Translations under genes and position numbers: made by a program
Assembly (NCBI GenBank): GCA_902627615.1
Contig: CACOJW010000001.1
Location: forward strand, 71,342-135,341
Source: an uncultured marine group III euryarchaeote
GTDB taxonomy: Archaea > Thermoplasmatota > Poseidoniia > MGIII > CG-Epi1
Length of the DNA stretch: 64,000 bases
Direction of reading: 5' to 3'
In this document: piece after piece, positions 19,200-28,822 of the stretch
Numbering within the stretch: the stretch's first letter is position 1
How the letters are laid out: each line of letters opens with the position of its first letter
The notes under the pieces: generated by a model
Seen by the model: only the letters and a program-made list of their open reading frames with translations
Database searches by the model: none
What the model was told of the DNA's origin: nothing

Positions 19200-19637
19200 G
19201 TGCGAATTAAGTTTACTTTACCCGGAAAACCTGTTGCTCAAGGCCGTCCTAGATTTTACAGGAAGGGTAATTTTGTTGTTGCCACCGATCCGAAACCTAG
19301 TAAAGTGTACAAGGCAGATATAGCGTATATTGCTCAAAGAGCTATAGAAGAAGCAGGTCTCAAGGGACTTTTCGAAGGCCCTCTTGGGATGGAAATTTTC
19401 GCATATTTTCCTTGTCCTAAAAGTAAATGGAGAGTAAAGAATCCGAGGCCAGAGGAGCATCATTCAAAGAGGCCAGACGCTGACAATATAGCAAAATCAG
19501 TTAAAGATGGATTAAGCGGTGTCCTTTACCATGACGATGGTCAAATATCCGAACTAATAGTTAGAAAAAGAATTGCAGCTCAAGGTGATGGCCCTCGCAT
19601 AGAAGTTGAATTGTATAAATTAGAGGAATTAGAATGA
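19200..19637 (+). CDS. rusA: RusA family crossover junction endodeoxyribonuclease
   Basis: N-terminal PVAQGRPRF and catalytic PDADNIAKSVKDGL...DDGQI motif. Confidence 0.88.
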   Translation: MRIKFTLPGKPVAQGRPRFYRKGNFVVATDPKPSKVYKADIAYIAQRAIEEAGLKGLFEGPLGMEIFAYFPCPKSKWRVKNPRPEEHHSKRPDADNIAKSVKDGLSGVLYHDDGQISELIVRKRIAAQGDGPRIEVELYKLEELE

Positions 19638-20461
19638 GTGCAAAATTAATCGATGGAAAGAAGATAGCAGCTGAAATAGAATCTGAATTAAAGATTAAAA
19701 TATCAAAAATGGACAAGCCACCAAGGCTGTCTGTAGTACAGGTTGGTAAAGACCCAGCTTCAACGTCTTACATAAGAGCGAAGTCAAATGCAGCCGAAAG
19801 GGTGGGAATTAATCTTACACACCATCATCTTTCAGAAGATATTTCAAAGTCAGATTTGGAAAAATTAGTCATGGACTTAAACCAGACTGAAAATGGGATT
19901 ATCATTCAACTTCCATTGCCTGAAGGTTTGGAAGATGCCTTAGATCTGATTCAGCCTGAAAATGATGTAGATGGTTTTCACTCAGTTAATTTAGGAAACT
20001 TAGTTCAAGGAAAACCTGGAATGAAGCCTTGCACTCCCGCAGGCATTGTTGAAATGCTGTATAGGTCAGGTAATAATCCACAAGGAAAACATGTAGTAAT
20101 CGTAGGCAGAAGTACTATAGTTGGCAAACCTCTAGCTCTTCTTCTTTCACAAAAGGGAGTAGATGCTACAGTTACATTATGTCACAGTCGAACGCCAAAT
20201 ATAGGAGAATATTGTAAGCAAGCAGACATTCTTGTAGCAGCTGTAGGTTATCCTGATACAATAACATCAGATATGGTAAAACCAGGAGCTGTAGTAATTG
20301 ATGTTGGAGTCAATAGAACAGAGAAGGGACTAGTTGGCGATACTTCCTTCAATGTTAGAGATGTAGCAGGACAATTAACACCCGTACCTGGCGGAGTAGG
20401 GCCTATGACAGTTGTAATGTTGATGTCTAACGTAGTTGAGGCGTCTCTCAAAACAGATTAA
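19634..20461 (+). CDS. folD: Bifunctional methylene-THF dehydrogenase/cyclohydrolase
   Basis: IDGKKIA, QLPLP, DVDGFH, PCTPAG, GRSTIVGKP and TPVPGGVGPMT motifs. Confidence 0.97.
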   Translation: MSAKLIDGKKIAAEIESELKIKISKMDKPPRLSVVQVGKDPASTSYIRAKSNAAERVGINLTHHHLSEDISKSDLEKLVMDLNQTENGIIIQLPLPEGLEDALDLIQPENDVDGFHSVNLGNLVQGKPGMKPCTPAGIVEMLYRSGNNPQGKHVVIVGRSTIVGKPLALLLSQKGVDATVTLCHSRTPNIGEYCKQADILVAAVGYPDTITSDMVKPGAVVIDVGVNRTEKGLVGDTSFNVRDVAGQLTPVPGGVGPMTVVMLMSNVVEASLKTD

Positions 20462-20486
20462 TAACGCCTATTATAATTGATATTAA

Positions 20487-21584
20487 ATGGCCGGGAAAGA
20501 AACTAGAAAAATCATAGGTGGAGGCTTATCTGGTTTAGCGGCAGCTATCAATTTTGCAAAGAACGATGAAAAGGTAGAAATTCATGAATCAAGAGAAAAT
20601 ATAGGGATGCAATTTCATCCTAATTATCAAGTTCTTTTGAAAGAAAGTCCATCTACTCCTTCATCTGAGGCAGATGCTACTTCGTATCTTAACAGATGGG
20701 GTCTGAATCCAAAATTTACATTTAGGGATGCTAAAAAATTTATATGCAGTACAGAAAAAAGAGATTTAACCATATCATTGAAGGAGCCTCTTCCATTAAT
20801 TCTTCGGGGCGGAGAAAATTCACTTGAAAGAGGATTGGCAGATGAAGCAAAAGATTTAGGCGTAGATTTCCACTTTAAATCAAGGCCAAAAGCAAAAGCT
20901 GGAGACATTATGGCAACAGGATCTTATCGTACGGATATGGCGGCTTTTGGAGCGTATTATGAGAATTCAGACTTTCCTAGAGATCAATTTTTGTATATGC
21001 ATGATGAAAAATATTCGCCGAGAGGCTGGTATTTGTATATAATTCCAATGGATAAAGATACTATTAAAGTTATGAATTGTTGCTCCAAGCCATATGCAAA
21101 AAATGTTAAAAAATTATTGTATAAGGCAGTTGATGAAAGGCCTATTTTGAAAAATATAATTGATGGTGCAAAACCAACGGGAACTGTAGGTGGTCAGGGT
21201 GGAGTTCATTTCCCTAAAACTGCAATAAAGGATGGAGTCTATTATACCGGAGAAGCTGCAGGTTTCCAAGATCCTTGGAGAGGTTTCGGTATGAATTATG
21301 CAATAGAATCAGGGGTTTTAGCCCAAAGAGCAATTTCGAACAATCAAGATTACGATAAAATGTGGAAATCACAGTTCCATGAAAGAAAGAAAGCAGATAT
21401 TGCTCGAAGAGGTATCTTTGCATTATTAGGAAATCGAGCCTTTGAATATGGAATGAGGAAAGTTAAGGAAGGTGATGAGGTAGATTGGGAAGAGATAAAT
21501 CCAAGTGGATGGAAAAAATCGTTAATTTACAATACTTTTTATTCAGTTGAAATGGCAAGAAAAACAGTTTGGGATTCTTGGTAA
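20487..21584 (+). CDS. NAD(P)/FAD-dependent oxidoreductase, geranylgeranyl reductase-like
   Basis: GGGLSG Rossmann motif, PRGWYLYIIP and GEAAGFQDPWRGFGMNYA. Confidence 0.75.
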   Translation: MAGKETRKIIGGGLSGLAAAINFAKNDEKVEIHESRENIGMQFHPNYQVLLKESPSTPSSEADATSYLNRWGLNPKFTFRDAKKFICSTEKRDLTISLKEPLPLILRGGENSLERGLADEAKDLGVDFHFKSRPKAKAGDIMATGSYRTDMAAFGAYYENSDFPRDQFLYMHDEKYSPRGWYLYIIPMDKDTIKVMNCCSKPYAKNVKKLLYKAVDERPILKNIIDGAKPTGTVGGQGGVHFPKTAIKDGVYYTGEAAGFQDPWRGFGMNYAIESGVLAQRAISNNQDYDKMWKSQFHERKKADIARRGIFALLGNRAFEYGMRKVKEGDEVDWEEINPSGWKKSLIYNTFYSVEMARKTVWDSW

Positions 21585-21787
21585 TGGATTTCAGTGAAGC
21601 ATTATCTTATGTTTTAGCAGTTGTTTGTATTTTCGCAGGAGCATTGATAATGTGGGGAAGTGAGGACTACATGGTTCCAACTTCGGGTCGCTCATTACGC
21701 ATACCTTGTTCATTTCTTTTTTGGGTTTTAGCAGTAATATTTTGCGCAATGGCGATTGTTATAGAGGATGAAGATAATCTAATATAA
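21584..21787 (+). CDS. Small hypothetical membrane protein (2 TM)
   Basis: ATG overlaps the upstream TAA (TAATG); two hydrophobic helices. Confidence 0.6.
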   Translation: MDFSEALSYVLAVVCIFAGALIMWGSEDYMVPTSGRSLRIPCSFLFWVLAVIFCAMAIVIEDEDNLI

Positions 21788-21807
21788 CCAATTGTTTAGT
21801 TAAGATT

Positions 21808-24060
21808 ATGTCGGATTTTGAGGTGATTCGTAATTATTATTCCCAAATGCCTGAAAAGATAGAGCAGGCTAGAGCCATCTTGAATCGTTCAATGACTTTA
21901 ACTGAAAAAATTCTTTTTAGCCACTTAGTTAAAATTAAAAAAGAGCCTAAAAGGACTAAATCTTATGTTGAATTACAACCTGATAGAGTAGCAATGCAAG
22001 ATGCTACTGCTCAGATGGCTTTGCTTCAATTCGCACTTACAGGCCGCCCAAAAGTAGCAGTTCCATCTACAGTACATTGTGACCATTTAATTCAAGCCAG
22101 AGTCGGAAAAGAGGAAGATTTAGAGTATGCAAATGAAGTTAGTTCTGAAGTTTTCTCTTTCTTGAAATCAGCATCAGCAAAATACGGTCTTGGATTTTGG
22201 AAACCCGGAGCTGGAATAATCCATCAAGTAGTTCTTGAAAATTATGCATTTCCTGGTGGTATGATGATTGGTACCGATTCCCATACTCCTAATGCAGGAG
22301 GATTAGGAATGGTTGCTATAGGTGTTGGAGGTGCAGATGCCATGGAAGTTATGGCCGGCTTACCCTTTACAATCAAATGGCCAGGAATTATTGGCGTTCA
22401 TTTAACTGGAGAATTGTCTGGATGGGCCTCTGCAAAAGATGTAATTCTCAAAGTATGCGAAGAATTAACTGTTAAAGGAGGTACAGGACACATCGTAGAG
22501 TATTTTGGACCGGGAGCCTCAACAATTTCGTCTACAGGTAAAGGAACAATTTGTAACATGGGTGCAGAAGTCGGAGCTACCACTTCACTTTTCCCATATG
22601 ATAGTTCAATGGATGACTATTTGAGAGCAACAAATAGAGCTGAAGTAGCAGATATAGCAAAAGAGTATTCTGAGTATTTAGTTCCAGATGCAGAAGTTGA
22701 AGCTAACCCTGGCCAGCATTATGATAGAATAATTGAAATTAATTTATCGGAATTAGTTCCAGCAATCGTTGGTCCACACACTCCTGATTTAGCAAGGCCA
22801 GTTTCAGATTTAGGAGATGAGGCAAGAGAAAATGGATGGCCAACAGATATTCAAGCAGCCTTGATAGGATCTTGCACAAATTCGTCTTATGAAGATATGG
22901 AAAGAGCCTCTTCAATTGCCTTACAAGCAAGGAGCGCAGGTCTGAAATCAAAAGTTCAGTTTATGGTTACTTCAGGTTCAGATACTATTGACAATACTAT
23001 CAGAAGAGATGGTCAAATGCAAATTTTTGATGATATTGGTGGAACTGTATTAGCAAACGCATGTGGGCCTTGTATTGGTCAATGGAAAAGAGATGACATC
23101 GATAGCGGAGATGTAAATTCCATCGTTTCTTCATATAATCGAAATTTTAGCGGTAGAAATGATGGAAATCATCAAACATTATCTTTCCTTACTAGTCCGG
23201 AGATAGTTACAGCCATGGCAATTGCTGGTAGTTTGGATTTCAATCCCATTACAGATAAGTTGACTGCAGAGGATGGGAGTGAATTTTTACTTGAGCCTCC
23301 AGAGGGAGATCAATTACCTGAAAATGGTTTTTTATTTAATTTAGAAGGTTTCATTCCACCTTCAGAAGATTCAGATTCTGTTGATTTGGATGTATCACCT
23401 GAAAGTCGCAGATTGCAACTATTAGAACCATTTGTGGCAACTAGTAAGAAAGATTTAGAAGATTTACCAATTTTAGTCAAAGTTAAAGGTAAGTGTACAA
23501 CAGACCACATTTCTCCAGCAGGAGTATGGTTGCAATTTAGAGGTCATTTAGATAATATTTCAGATAATTGTTACATTGGCGCGCATAATTCATTTACAGA
23601 AGAACAGGGAACTGCGATTAATCAATTAGACGGAAATAAAGGGAAAATTCCAAAAGTTGCACGTAGTTATTTTGAAAATAAACAGCCTTGGGCAGTTATT
23701 GCTGATGTTAATTATGGAGAGGGCAGCAGTAGAGAACATGCAGCTATGTCTCCAAGATTCTTGGGATGTAAAGTTGTAATTGCAAGAAGTATGGCTAGGA
23801 TTGCTGAAACTAATTTGAAGAAACAGGGAGTTTTACCGCTCATTTTTGCGGATGAATCTTCATGGGATTTATTGAGAATAGACGATAGATTAACAATCAA
23901 AGGAACTGATGAACTAGGACCAAATTCCAAGGTCACTGTGGAAGCAAAACACAGTGATGGAACTATGGATACTTTTGTCTGTAATCACAGTATGGATGAA
24001 TTACAGGTAGAGTGGTTCAAAGCAGGTTCAGCCTTAAATTATCTAAGATCTAAGAATTAA
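21808..24060 (+). CDS. acnA: Aconitate hydratase (mitochondrial/Bacteroidetes-like type)
   Basis: DRVAMQDATAQMA, HCDHLI, DSHTPN, IGSCTNSS, ACGPCIG, TTDHIS and GSSREHAA motifs. Confidence 0.96.
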   Translation: MSDFEVIRNYYSQMPEKIEQARAILNRSMTLTEKILFSHLVKIKKEPKRTKSYVELQPDRVAMQDATAQMALLQFALTGRPKVAVPSTVHCDHLIQARVGKEEDLEYANEVSSEVFSFLKSASAKYGLGFWKPGAGIIHQVVLENYAFPGGMMIGTDSHTPNAGGLGMVAIGVGGADAMEVMAGLPFTIKWPGIIGVHLTGELSGWASAKDVILKVCEELTVKGGTGHIVEYFGPGASTISSTGKGTICNMGAEVGATTSLFPYDSSMDDYLRATNRAEVADIAKEYSEYLVPDAEVEANPGQHYDRIIEINLSELVPAIVGPHTPDLARPVSDLGDEARENGWPTDIQAALIGSCTNSSYEDMERASSIALQARSAGLKSKVQFMVTSGSDTIDNTIRRDGQMQIFDDIGGTVLANACGPCIGQWKRDDIDSGDVNSIVSSYNRNFSGRNDGNHQTLSFLTSPEIVTAMAIAGSLDFNPITDKLTAEDGSEFLLEPPEGDQLPENGFLFNLEGFIPPSEDSDSVDLDVSPESRRLQLLEPFVATSKKDLEDLPILVKVKGKCTTDHISPAGVWLQFRGHLDNISDNCYIGAHNSFTEEQGTAINQLDGNKGKIPKVARSYFENKQPWAVIADVNYGEGSSREHAAMSPRFLGCKVVIARSMARIAETNLKKQGVLPLIFADESSWDLLRIDDRLTIKGTDELGPNSKVTVEAKHSDGTMDTFVCNHSMDELQVEWFKAGSALNYLRSKN

Positions 24061-24097
24061 TCTGTTTAAGGGCGGATGAATACTGGTCTAAGAGAGC

Positions 24098-24514
24098 TTA
24101 GAATGTTCCAGTACTGCTATACAAGGGACTGTCTTGGTTCCAATTACTGAGAGTAATACGTACAGGTTCTTGAGGCAGAGTTATGTTTACTCTAATATAA
24201 GAGTCCTCAGTTGGGCATTGTTCCCAACCATATTGTCCACTATTAAGATTATAACCATCCAATGTCCATATTACATTTGAATTTGCGTCTGCTATTGAAA
24301 TATAGTAATAATCCCAACCAGCTGCACTCTTACAGCTGCTAGTAATTGAATTTCCTGTTTTTTCAAATGTAGTACCTGGAAAAAGTACAGATGAATTTTT
24401 ACTTGGTTTATAGGTTGTATCTGTCGTTTCATCAACGGATGTATCATCCGTATTCAGGCAGCCCGTAAGGGAAGCCATCGCTAGCAAAGCTATTGCAAAA
24501 ATGACTTGCTTCAT
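24098..24514 (-). CDS. Putative lipoprotein of unknown function
   Basis: Signal peptide ending in lipobox LTGC, followed by a Thr/Asp-rich linker. Confidence 0.7.
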   Translation of the reverse strand: MKQVIFAIALLAMASLTGCLNTDDTSVDETTDTTYKPSKNSSVLFPGTTFEKTGNSITSSCKSAAGWDYYYISIADANSNVIWTLDGYNLNSGQYGWEQCPTEDSYIRVNITLPQEPVRITLSNWNQDSPLYSSTGTF

Positions 24515-24541
24515 GAATCTGAATAAATTTGCTATTTATTC

Positions 24542-25507
24542 TTACTGCATTGCACTGTGTGAAATGCCTTGTCCGTTTCTGACAGATCCAATAATTTGTG
24601 CATGTTCACCAAGAATTGATACAGATTTCTCCGCGTCATCCTCGTTTACAATAATTACCATACCCATTCCCATATTGAACGTTCGATACATTTCTTTATC
24701 CTCAATATTTCCTTTTTCCTGTAGCCAATCAAAAATAGAAGGAACTGGCAAAGGATTATCTATTACATACTGAAAATTATTATTTATTCGACTAATATTG
24801 TCTAGACCTCCTCCAGTAATGTGAGCTATTCCATGAACCTCTACTTGCTTAATCAAAGCCATTATTTCTTTGACATAAATTCTGGTTGGTTCAACAAGTT
24901 TCTTTCCAAGCCCTTTGTCACCATCAAATAATTTCCGGATTAAAGTGTAACCATTTGAGTGCGGGCCACTTGATTTTAGACCAATCAAAGTATCTCCGTC
25001 AGATATTCTTGTTCCGTCAATGATTTCATTCTGTTTTACGTATCCTACGGAAGTTCCAGCAATATCAAAGCCATGAACTAATTCAGGCAAGATTGCAGTT
25101 TCTCCTCCGGAAAGTGTACAATTTGATTGTTTGCAACCTTCAGCCAATCCTTTTCCGATTTTAGCCATTAATTCTTCGTCAGGTTTGTCAAGTGCAACGT
25201 AATCGACAAAACTTAGAGGTTCAGCTCCTACACAGATTAGATCATTAGTGTTCATTGCGACACAGTCAATTCCAACAGTGTGAATTGAATCCATTTCTTC
25301 AGCAAGTAATAATTTGCTTCCTACACCATCAGTACACATTGCCAGTGCCCCATCTCCAAGTTTAACTAATCCTGCAAATCCGTTATCTAACTTAATTGCT
25401 TCACCGTCGCCTTTTCTGTTAACTCCCTTTATTTGAGCAATTAGGGCTTCAGTAGCTTTTTCACTTGCATCAATATCAACACCAGCTTCAGAATAAGTAC
25501 TTACCAT
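24542..25507 (-). CDS. purM: Phosphoribosylformylglycinamidine cyclo-ligase
   Basis: YSEAGVDI, TDGVGSK, GGETA, SSGPHSNGY, HITGGG and TFNMGMG motifs. Confidence 0.97.
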   Translation of the reverse strand: MVSTYSEAGVDIDASEKATEALIAQIKGVNRKGDGEAIKLDNGFAGLVKLGDGALAMCTDGVGSKLLLAEEMDSIHTVGIDCVAMNTNDLICVGAEPLSFVDYVALDKPDEELMAKIGKGLAEGCKQSNCTLSGGETAILPELVHGFDIAGTSVGYVKQNEIIDGTRISDGDTLIGLKSSGPHSNGYTLIRKLFDGDKGLGKKLVEPTRIYVKEIMALIKQVEVHGIAHITGGGLDNISRINNNFQYVIDNPLPVPSIFDWLQEKGNIEDKEMYRTFNMGMGMVIIVNEDDAEKSVSILGEHAQIIGSVRNGQGISHSAMQ

Positions 25508-25512
25508 GGGGT

Positions 25513-26745
25513 TTACATCTTGGCGTAATAGTTTTGGATAACAGTACCAACCTGATTAATGTCAGTTATTCCTCTTTGTACCATGGACTCTAGAATCTTC
25601 TGTCGGTTTTGAGCCATTTCATCAAATTGCCTTGGTGAAACTCCTGCAGCCTTTGATATTTTTTCTCTTAACTTACTTGGGACTCCAGTTTCTTCTAATT
25701 TATTTGTTTGTCCATTCCATTTGAATAATGTGTTTAATCGAGGTTTGTCGCCTTCAAGACCTGCCAATTCAGAAACTTCAGTTATAGTTCTGACTTGTTT
25801 TCCACCAACAGCAATACGGCTTTGCATAACAATTAGGTGTAATGCATTCATCATTATTGGTGGTACTTCCATAGGAGGATTAATTAATCTTGAAACAGTT
25901 TCTTGTGCTGTATTTGCGTGAACAGTACCAAAACATCCATCGTGTCCAGTATTCATAGCAGTAAACAGAGTCTTTGCTTCTGGGCCTCTTACTTCACCTA
26001 CAATTATTCTATCTGGCCTCATACGTAGTGTGTTTTTCAATAGTGAATCCATATCTACAGCAGGTTCTTCAGGTTTTGTTGAATTGAAGGTTTCAAGTTG
26101 AACATGATGTTCGTGAATTAATTGAACTTCAGCTACATCTTCAATAGTGATTAGCCTATCCTTTGAAGGAATAAATGAACTAATAACGTTCAGAGTTGTA
26201 GTTTTTCCTGAACCAGTTCCACCAGCAACTAGAATGTTACAGGGAGCAGCCCCCATACCGTCACCAAACATCCAAAAGAGAGATGCTAATCGAGGAGGTA
26301 TAGTTCCAAATTTCATCAAATCTACAACAGTGAGTGGATCACTCATCTGTTTTCTGATAGTCATAGTAGGGCCATTTGGAGAAACAGGAGGTATTGTTGC
26401 ATTTACACGACTGCCATCTGGAAGTCTACCGTCTAATAATAGATTGCCTGGCCCAATTTCTCTTCCAACATATTTTGCTACTTTTTGAATAATTGAAGTT
26501 GCTTCTTCACTGCTCATTTTGACATTAGTAACACACATTCCATGTTTTCTATGAGCTACCATTATTGGTTTCTCAGGATGGTTGTACATAATTTCTTCTA
26601 AATTGTCATCGTCCAACAAAGGTTTGAGTGAACCATACTGAGGAGATTTTGTTGCCTTTGTCACCTGATAGAGGTGACGCTCAGCACCGGGTCTTTCGAC
26701 GATGTTGGCGGTAGCATACTGTTCGATAATTCGGCCTTGTTCCAT
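25513..26745 (-). CDS. CpaF/TadA/VirB11-family secretion ATPase
   Basis: GGTGSGKTT, LRMRPDRIIVGEVRG and AMNTGHDG. Start moved to the ATG at 26745 (MEQGR) to avoid overlap with the upstream gene. Confidence 0.92.
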   Translation of the reverse strand: MEQGRIIEQYATANIVERPGAERHLYQVTKATKSPQYGSLKPLLDDDNLEEIMYNHPEKPIMVAHRKHGMCVTNVKMSSEEATSIIQKVAKYVGREIGPGNLLLDGRLPDGSRVNATIPPVSPNGPTMTIRKQMSDPLTVVDLMKFGTIPPRLASLFWMFGDGMGAAPCNILVAGGTGSGKTTTLNVISSFIPSKDRLITIEDVAEVQLIHEHHVQLETFNSTKPEEPAVDMDSLLKNTLRMRPDRIIVGEVRGPEAKTLFTAMNTGHDGCFGTVHANTAQETVSRLINPPMEVPPIMMNALHLIVMQSRIAVGGKQVRTITEVSELAGLEGDKPRLNTLFKWNGQTNKLEETGVPSKLREKISKAAGVSPRQFDEMAQNRQKILESMVQRGITDINQVGTVIQNYYAKM

Positions 26746-26747
26746 GT

Positions 26748-27515
26748 TTATAATTGAATTTGTAATGATAGTATAAGAGCAGTTAGTGAATAAAATACGA
26801 AGATAGGAGTCCTCCAAATCGCAGTACTAGTCTTTTGCAAAATTACAGCCTCCATCCAAACACTGCTTGTTCCCATAACTACCATGTAGAAAAATAAAGC
26901 ACTGTTGAGTCCACTCATATCAAAGCTGAGCGTGCTTGAACCTGCACTAATGTCTCCTCCAAAAATGGCTACAATCGCACCCAAGATTACTGGACATGCA
27001 ATAGAACCGAAATAAAGAATGAAATTTGCATTACTTTGAGTTTTCATCAGCCTTTCTTTTTTGAGCATATAAATTTCCCAAAATTCATCAGAAATCTTCT
27101 CGAGTGTCGTAGCAATACTGCCAGATGATGCTAGCGCAACATTCAAAATACTTACAATTCGTGAAATCATAGGGGATTCACTTTTCTTTGCAAATGTTTT
27201 CATAGCATTTCCAAAGCCATTGTCTCTCATGTCACTTACAGCGTCTCTAAGCATCAATCCCATTTTGTCGTTTCTACCATTTGCTATGGCATCTAATGCA
27301 GATTCAACACCCATTCCAGCTCTTAATTCTTCAGCTAAATCAGCTAAAACGTCGGGCCATGCGTTTTCAAGTTCGGTAATACGCTCTTGTTTTCTTTTTT
27401 GAGGAATGTAAATCATAGCTCCAATTAAACCTAAAACACCAAAAGCTAACCAAATTAGCAGAGCAGTTCCTCCTATTCCTTCGACACCTAAACTATCTTC
27501 TAATGTGTCTATCAT
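26748..27515 (-). CDS. T2SS-F / TadC-like membrane protein
   Basis: ELENAWPDVLADLAEELRAG T2SSF motif and TM helices. ATG at 27515 is the likely start (GTG at 27524 is an alternative). Confidence 0.85.
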   Translation of the reverse strand: MIDTLEDSLGVEGIGGTALLIWLAFGVLGLIGAMIYIPQKRKQERITELENAWPDVLADLAEELRAGMGVESALDAIANGRNDKMGLMLRDAVSDMRDNGFGNAMKTFAKKSESPMISRIVSILNVALASSGSIATTLEKISDEFWEIYMLKKERLMKTQSNANFILYFGSIACPVILGAIVAIFGGDISAGSSTLSFDMSGLNSALFFYMVVMGTSSVWMEAVILQKTSTAIWRTPIFVFYSLTALILSLQIQL

Positions 27516-27516
27516 T

Positions 27517-28083
27517 CTATACACCTGGCTCCTTTGATTTTGTGCTTGTGATTAATCCTGCTAACAGGATTCCAGTAATAACGAATGCAACAGGGGCACA
27601 CCAAGCAGGCATAGTCATGCCACCTCCGAATGCTGCAGCAGCTTCATTATCCATGATTCCACTAATTACAGCACCTATTACAACAATAATTGGCAATAGC
27701 ATTGAAACAATCATGAATTGTTCAGAAGCTCCAGATAAGCTTTCAATGAATCCATCTAATTCAACTCTTCTGTCTCTGGCTTCTTTCTCAGCGATAGATC
27801 TTAATCTGTCAATTACATTTGTATCCTCTTCAACAGACATAACTAGCGTTGTGAGAACTCTTCTTAAACCGGGCGAGTCAGTTTTTCTTGATTGAGTACG
27901 GATAGCATCAGCAAAAGCTCTTCCACTATCTGTATCTCTGAAAATTTGCTTGAAAATACTGCTCAAATCACCATATTCTTCGTCGGCGACATGCTTCATT
28001 GCTTCAGCAACACCTACGCCGGATTCAAGCAATACTTCTATAGCACGAATAGCGTATAACAGTTCTTGATCAACAGATGCCAA
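27517..28083 (-). CDS. T2SS-F / TadB-like membrane protein (short)
   Basis: QELLYAIR...LESGVG...EYGDLS T2SSF pattern and two C-terminal TM helices. Confidence 0.8.
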   Translation of the reverse strand: MASVDQELLYAIRAIEVLLESGVGVAEAMKHVADEEYGDLSSIFKQIFRDTDSGRAFADAIRTQSRKTDSPGLRRVLTTLVMSVEEDTNVIDRLRSIAEKEARDRRVELDGFIESLSGASEQFMIVSMLLPIIVVIGAVISGIMDNEAAAAFGGGMTMPAWCAPVAFVITGILLAGLITSTKSKEPGV

Positions 28084-28106
28084 GTATCATGTTAATACGA
28101 GGCCAA

Positions 28107-28117
28107 TATAAACTTTT
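28107..28117 (-). promoter_or_regulatory. Putative BRE/TATA box for the second tad operon
   Basis: Minus-strand AAAAG-TTTATA about 24 nt upstream of the TTG start at 28083, consistent with a leaderless transcript. Confidence 0.5.
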
Positions 28118-28123
28118 AACCTT

Positions 28124-28822
28124 TTAAATTCTTATTCCTTTTAATTCTTTTCTGTAAGTTAAAGCATTGGTGTAGAATGAAAACACCATTGCCCACTCGC
28201 AGAAAGCAGTAAGATTAAGGTAAAGAGATCTCTCAGTATCTATGGTTGGAGGATTATCCATGCGGTGGAAAAAATCATCTTCTTTTTGCATTAAATCAAG
28301 ATTGTCCATCACACTAAAGACAATCATCAGAAAATAGAATATCCACCCAGAGTAAACTGCATATTTTCGAATGTTGTTTTTCTTTCCAGATTTTTCCAGT
28401 AGTATATATGCAAAAGTCCCCCATATTAGAAATGAAGTGAATAGAATGAATGCAGTAATTCCGTGCAACATAGGGTATAAGTTCCAATGAAAATTAACGG
28501 TTATAACTCCACAAATGGCACCGATTGTCGCCAATATACGCATTATATCATTTAGATGATCATACTCATTTCCAATATTTTTTGCTAAAGGTTCAAAAAT
28601 TCTATGGAAAACTTGAGCTAAAATTAGAAAGCTAAAAATGCTAATTCCGAGTCCTGTGCCAAATATAGTGGATTCAGGTTCATTAAATGGCATTTCAGAG
28701 ATTATAGGAATAAATGCTGCAACTCTTCCACTAGCAGTTGATACAATATATGTAAGAATAAGCGTACTCAATCCCAATCCGACAGTAAACTCTAGTAATG
28801 ATTTGGCACTATTTTTCATCAT
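28124..28822 (-). CDS. Frag1/DRAM/Sfk1-like multi-pass membrane protein
   Basis: About six TM helices with PIISE...PESTIF, HGITAFILF and terminal CEW motifs. Confidence 0.65.
   Translation of the reverse strand: MMKNSAKSLLEFTVGLGLSTLILTYIVSTASGRVAAFIPIISEMPFNEPESTIFGTGLGISIFSFLILAQVFHRIFEPLAKNIGNEYDHLNDIMRILATIGAICGVITVNFHWNLYPMLHGITAFILFTSFLIWGTFAYILLEKSGKKNNIRKYAVYSGWIFYFLMIVFSVMDNLDLMQKEDDFFHRMDNPPTIDTERSLYLNLTAFCEWAMVFSFYTNALTYRKELKGIRI

Noticed and set aside
19200-19637. Prophage around rusA
   Set aside because: It is flanked by ABCE1 and folD, with no capsid, terminase or integrase genes.
26746-26817. Extended start of the CpaF-type ATPase
   Set aside because: It overlaps the upstream T2SSF gene; the ATG at 26745 lies just after that gene's stop.
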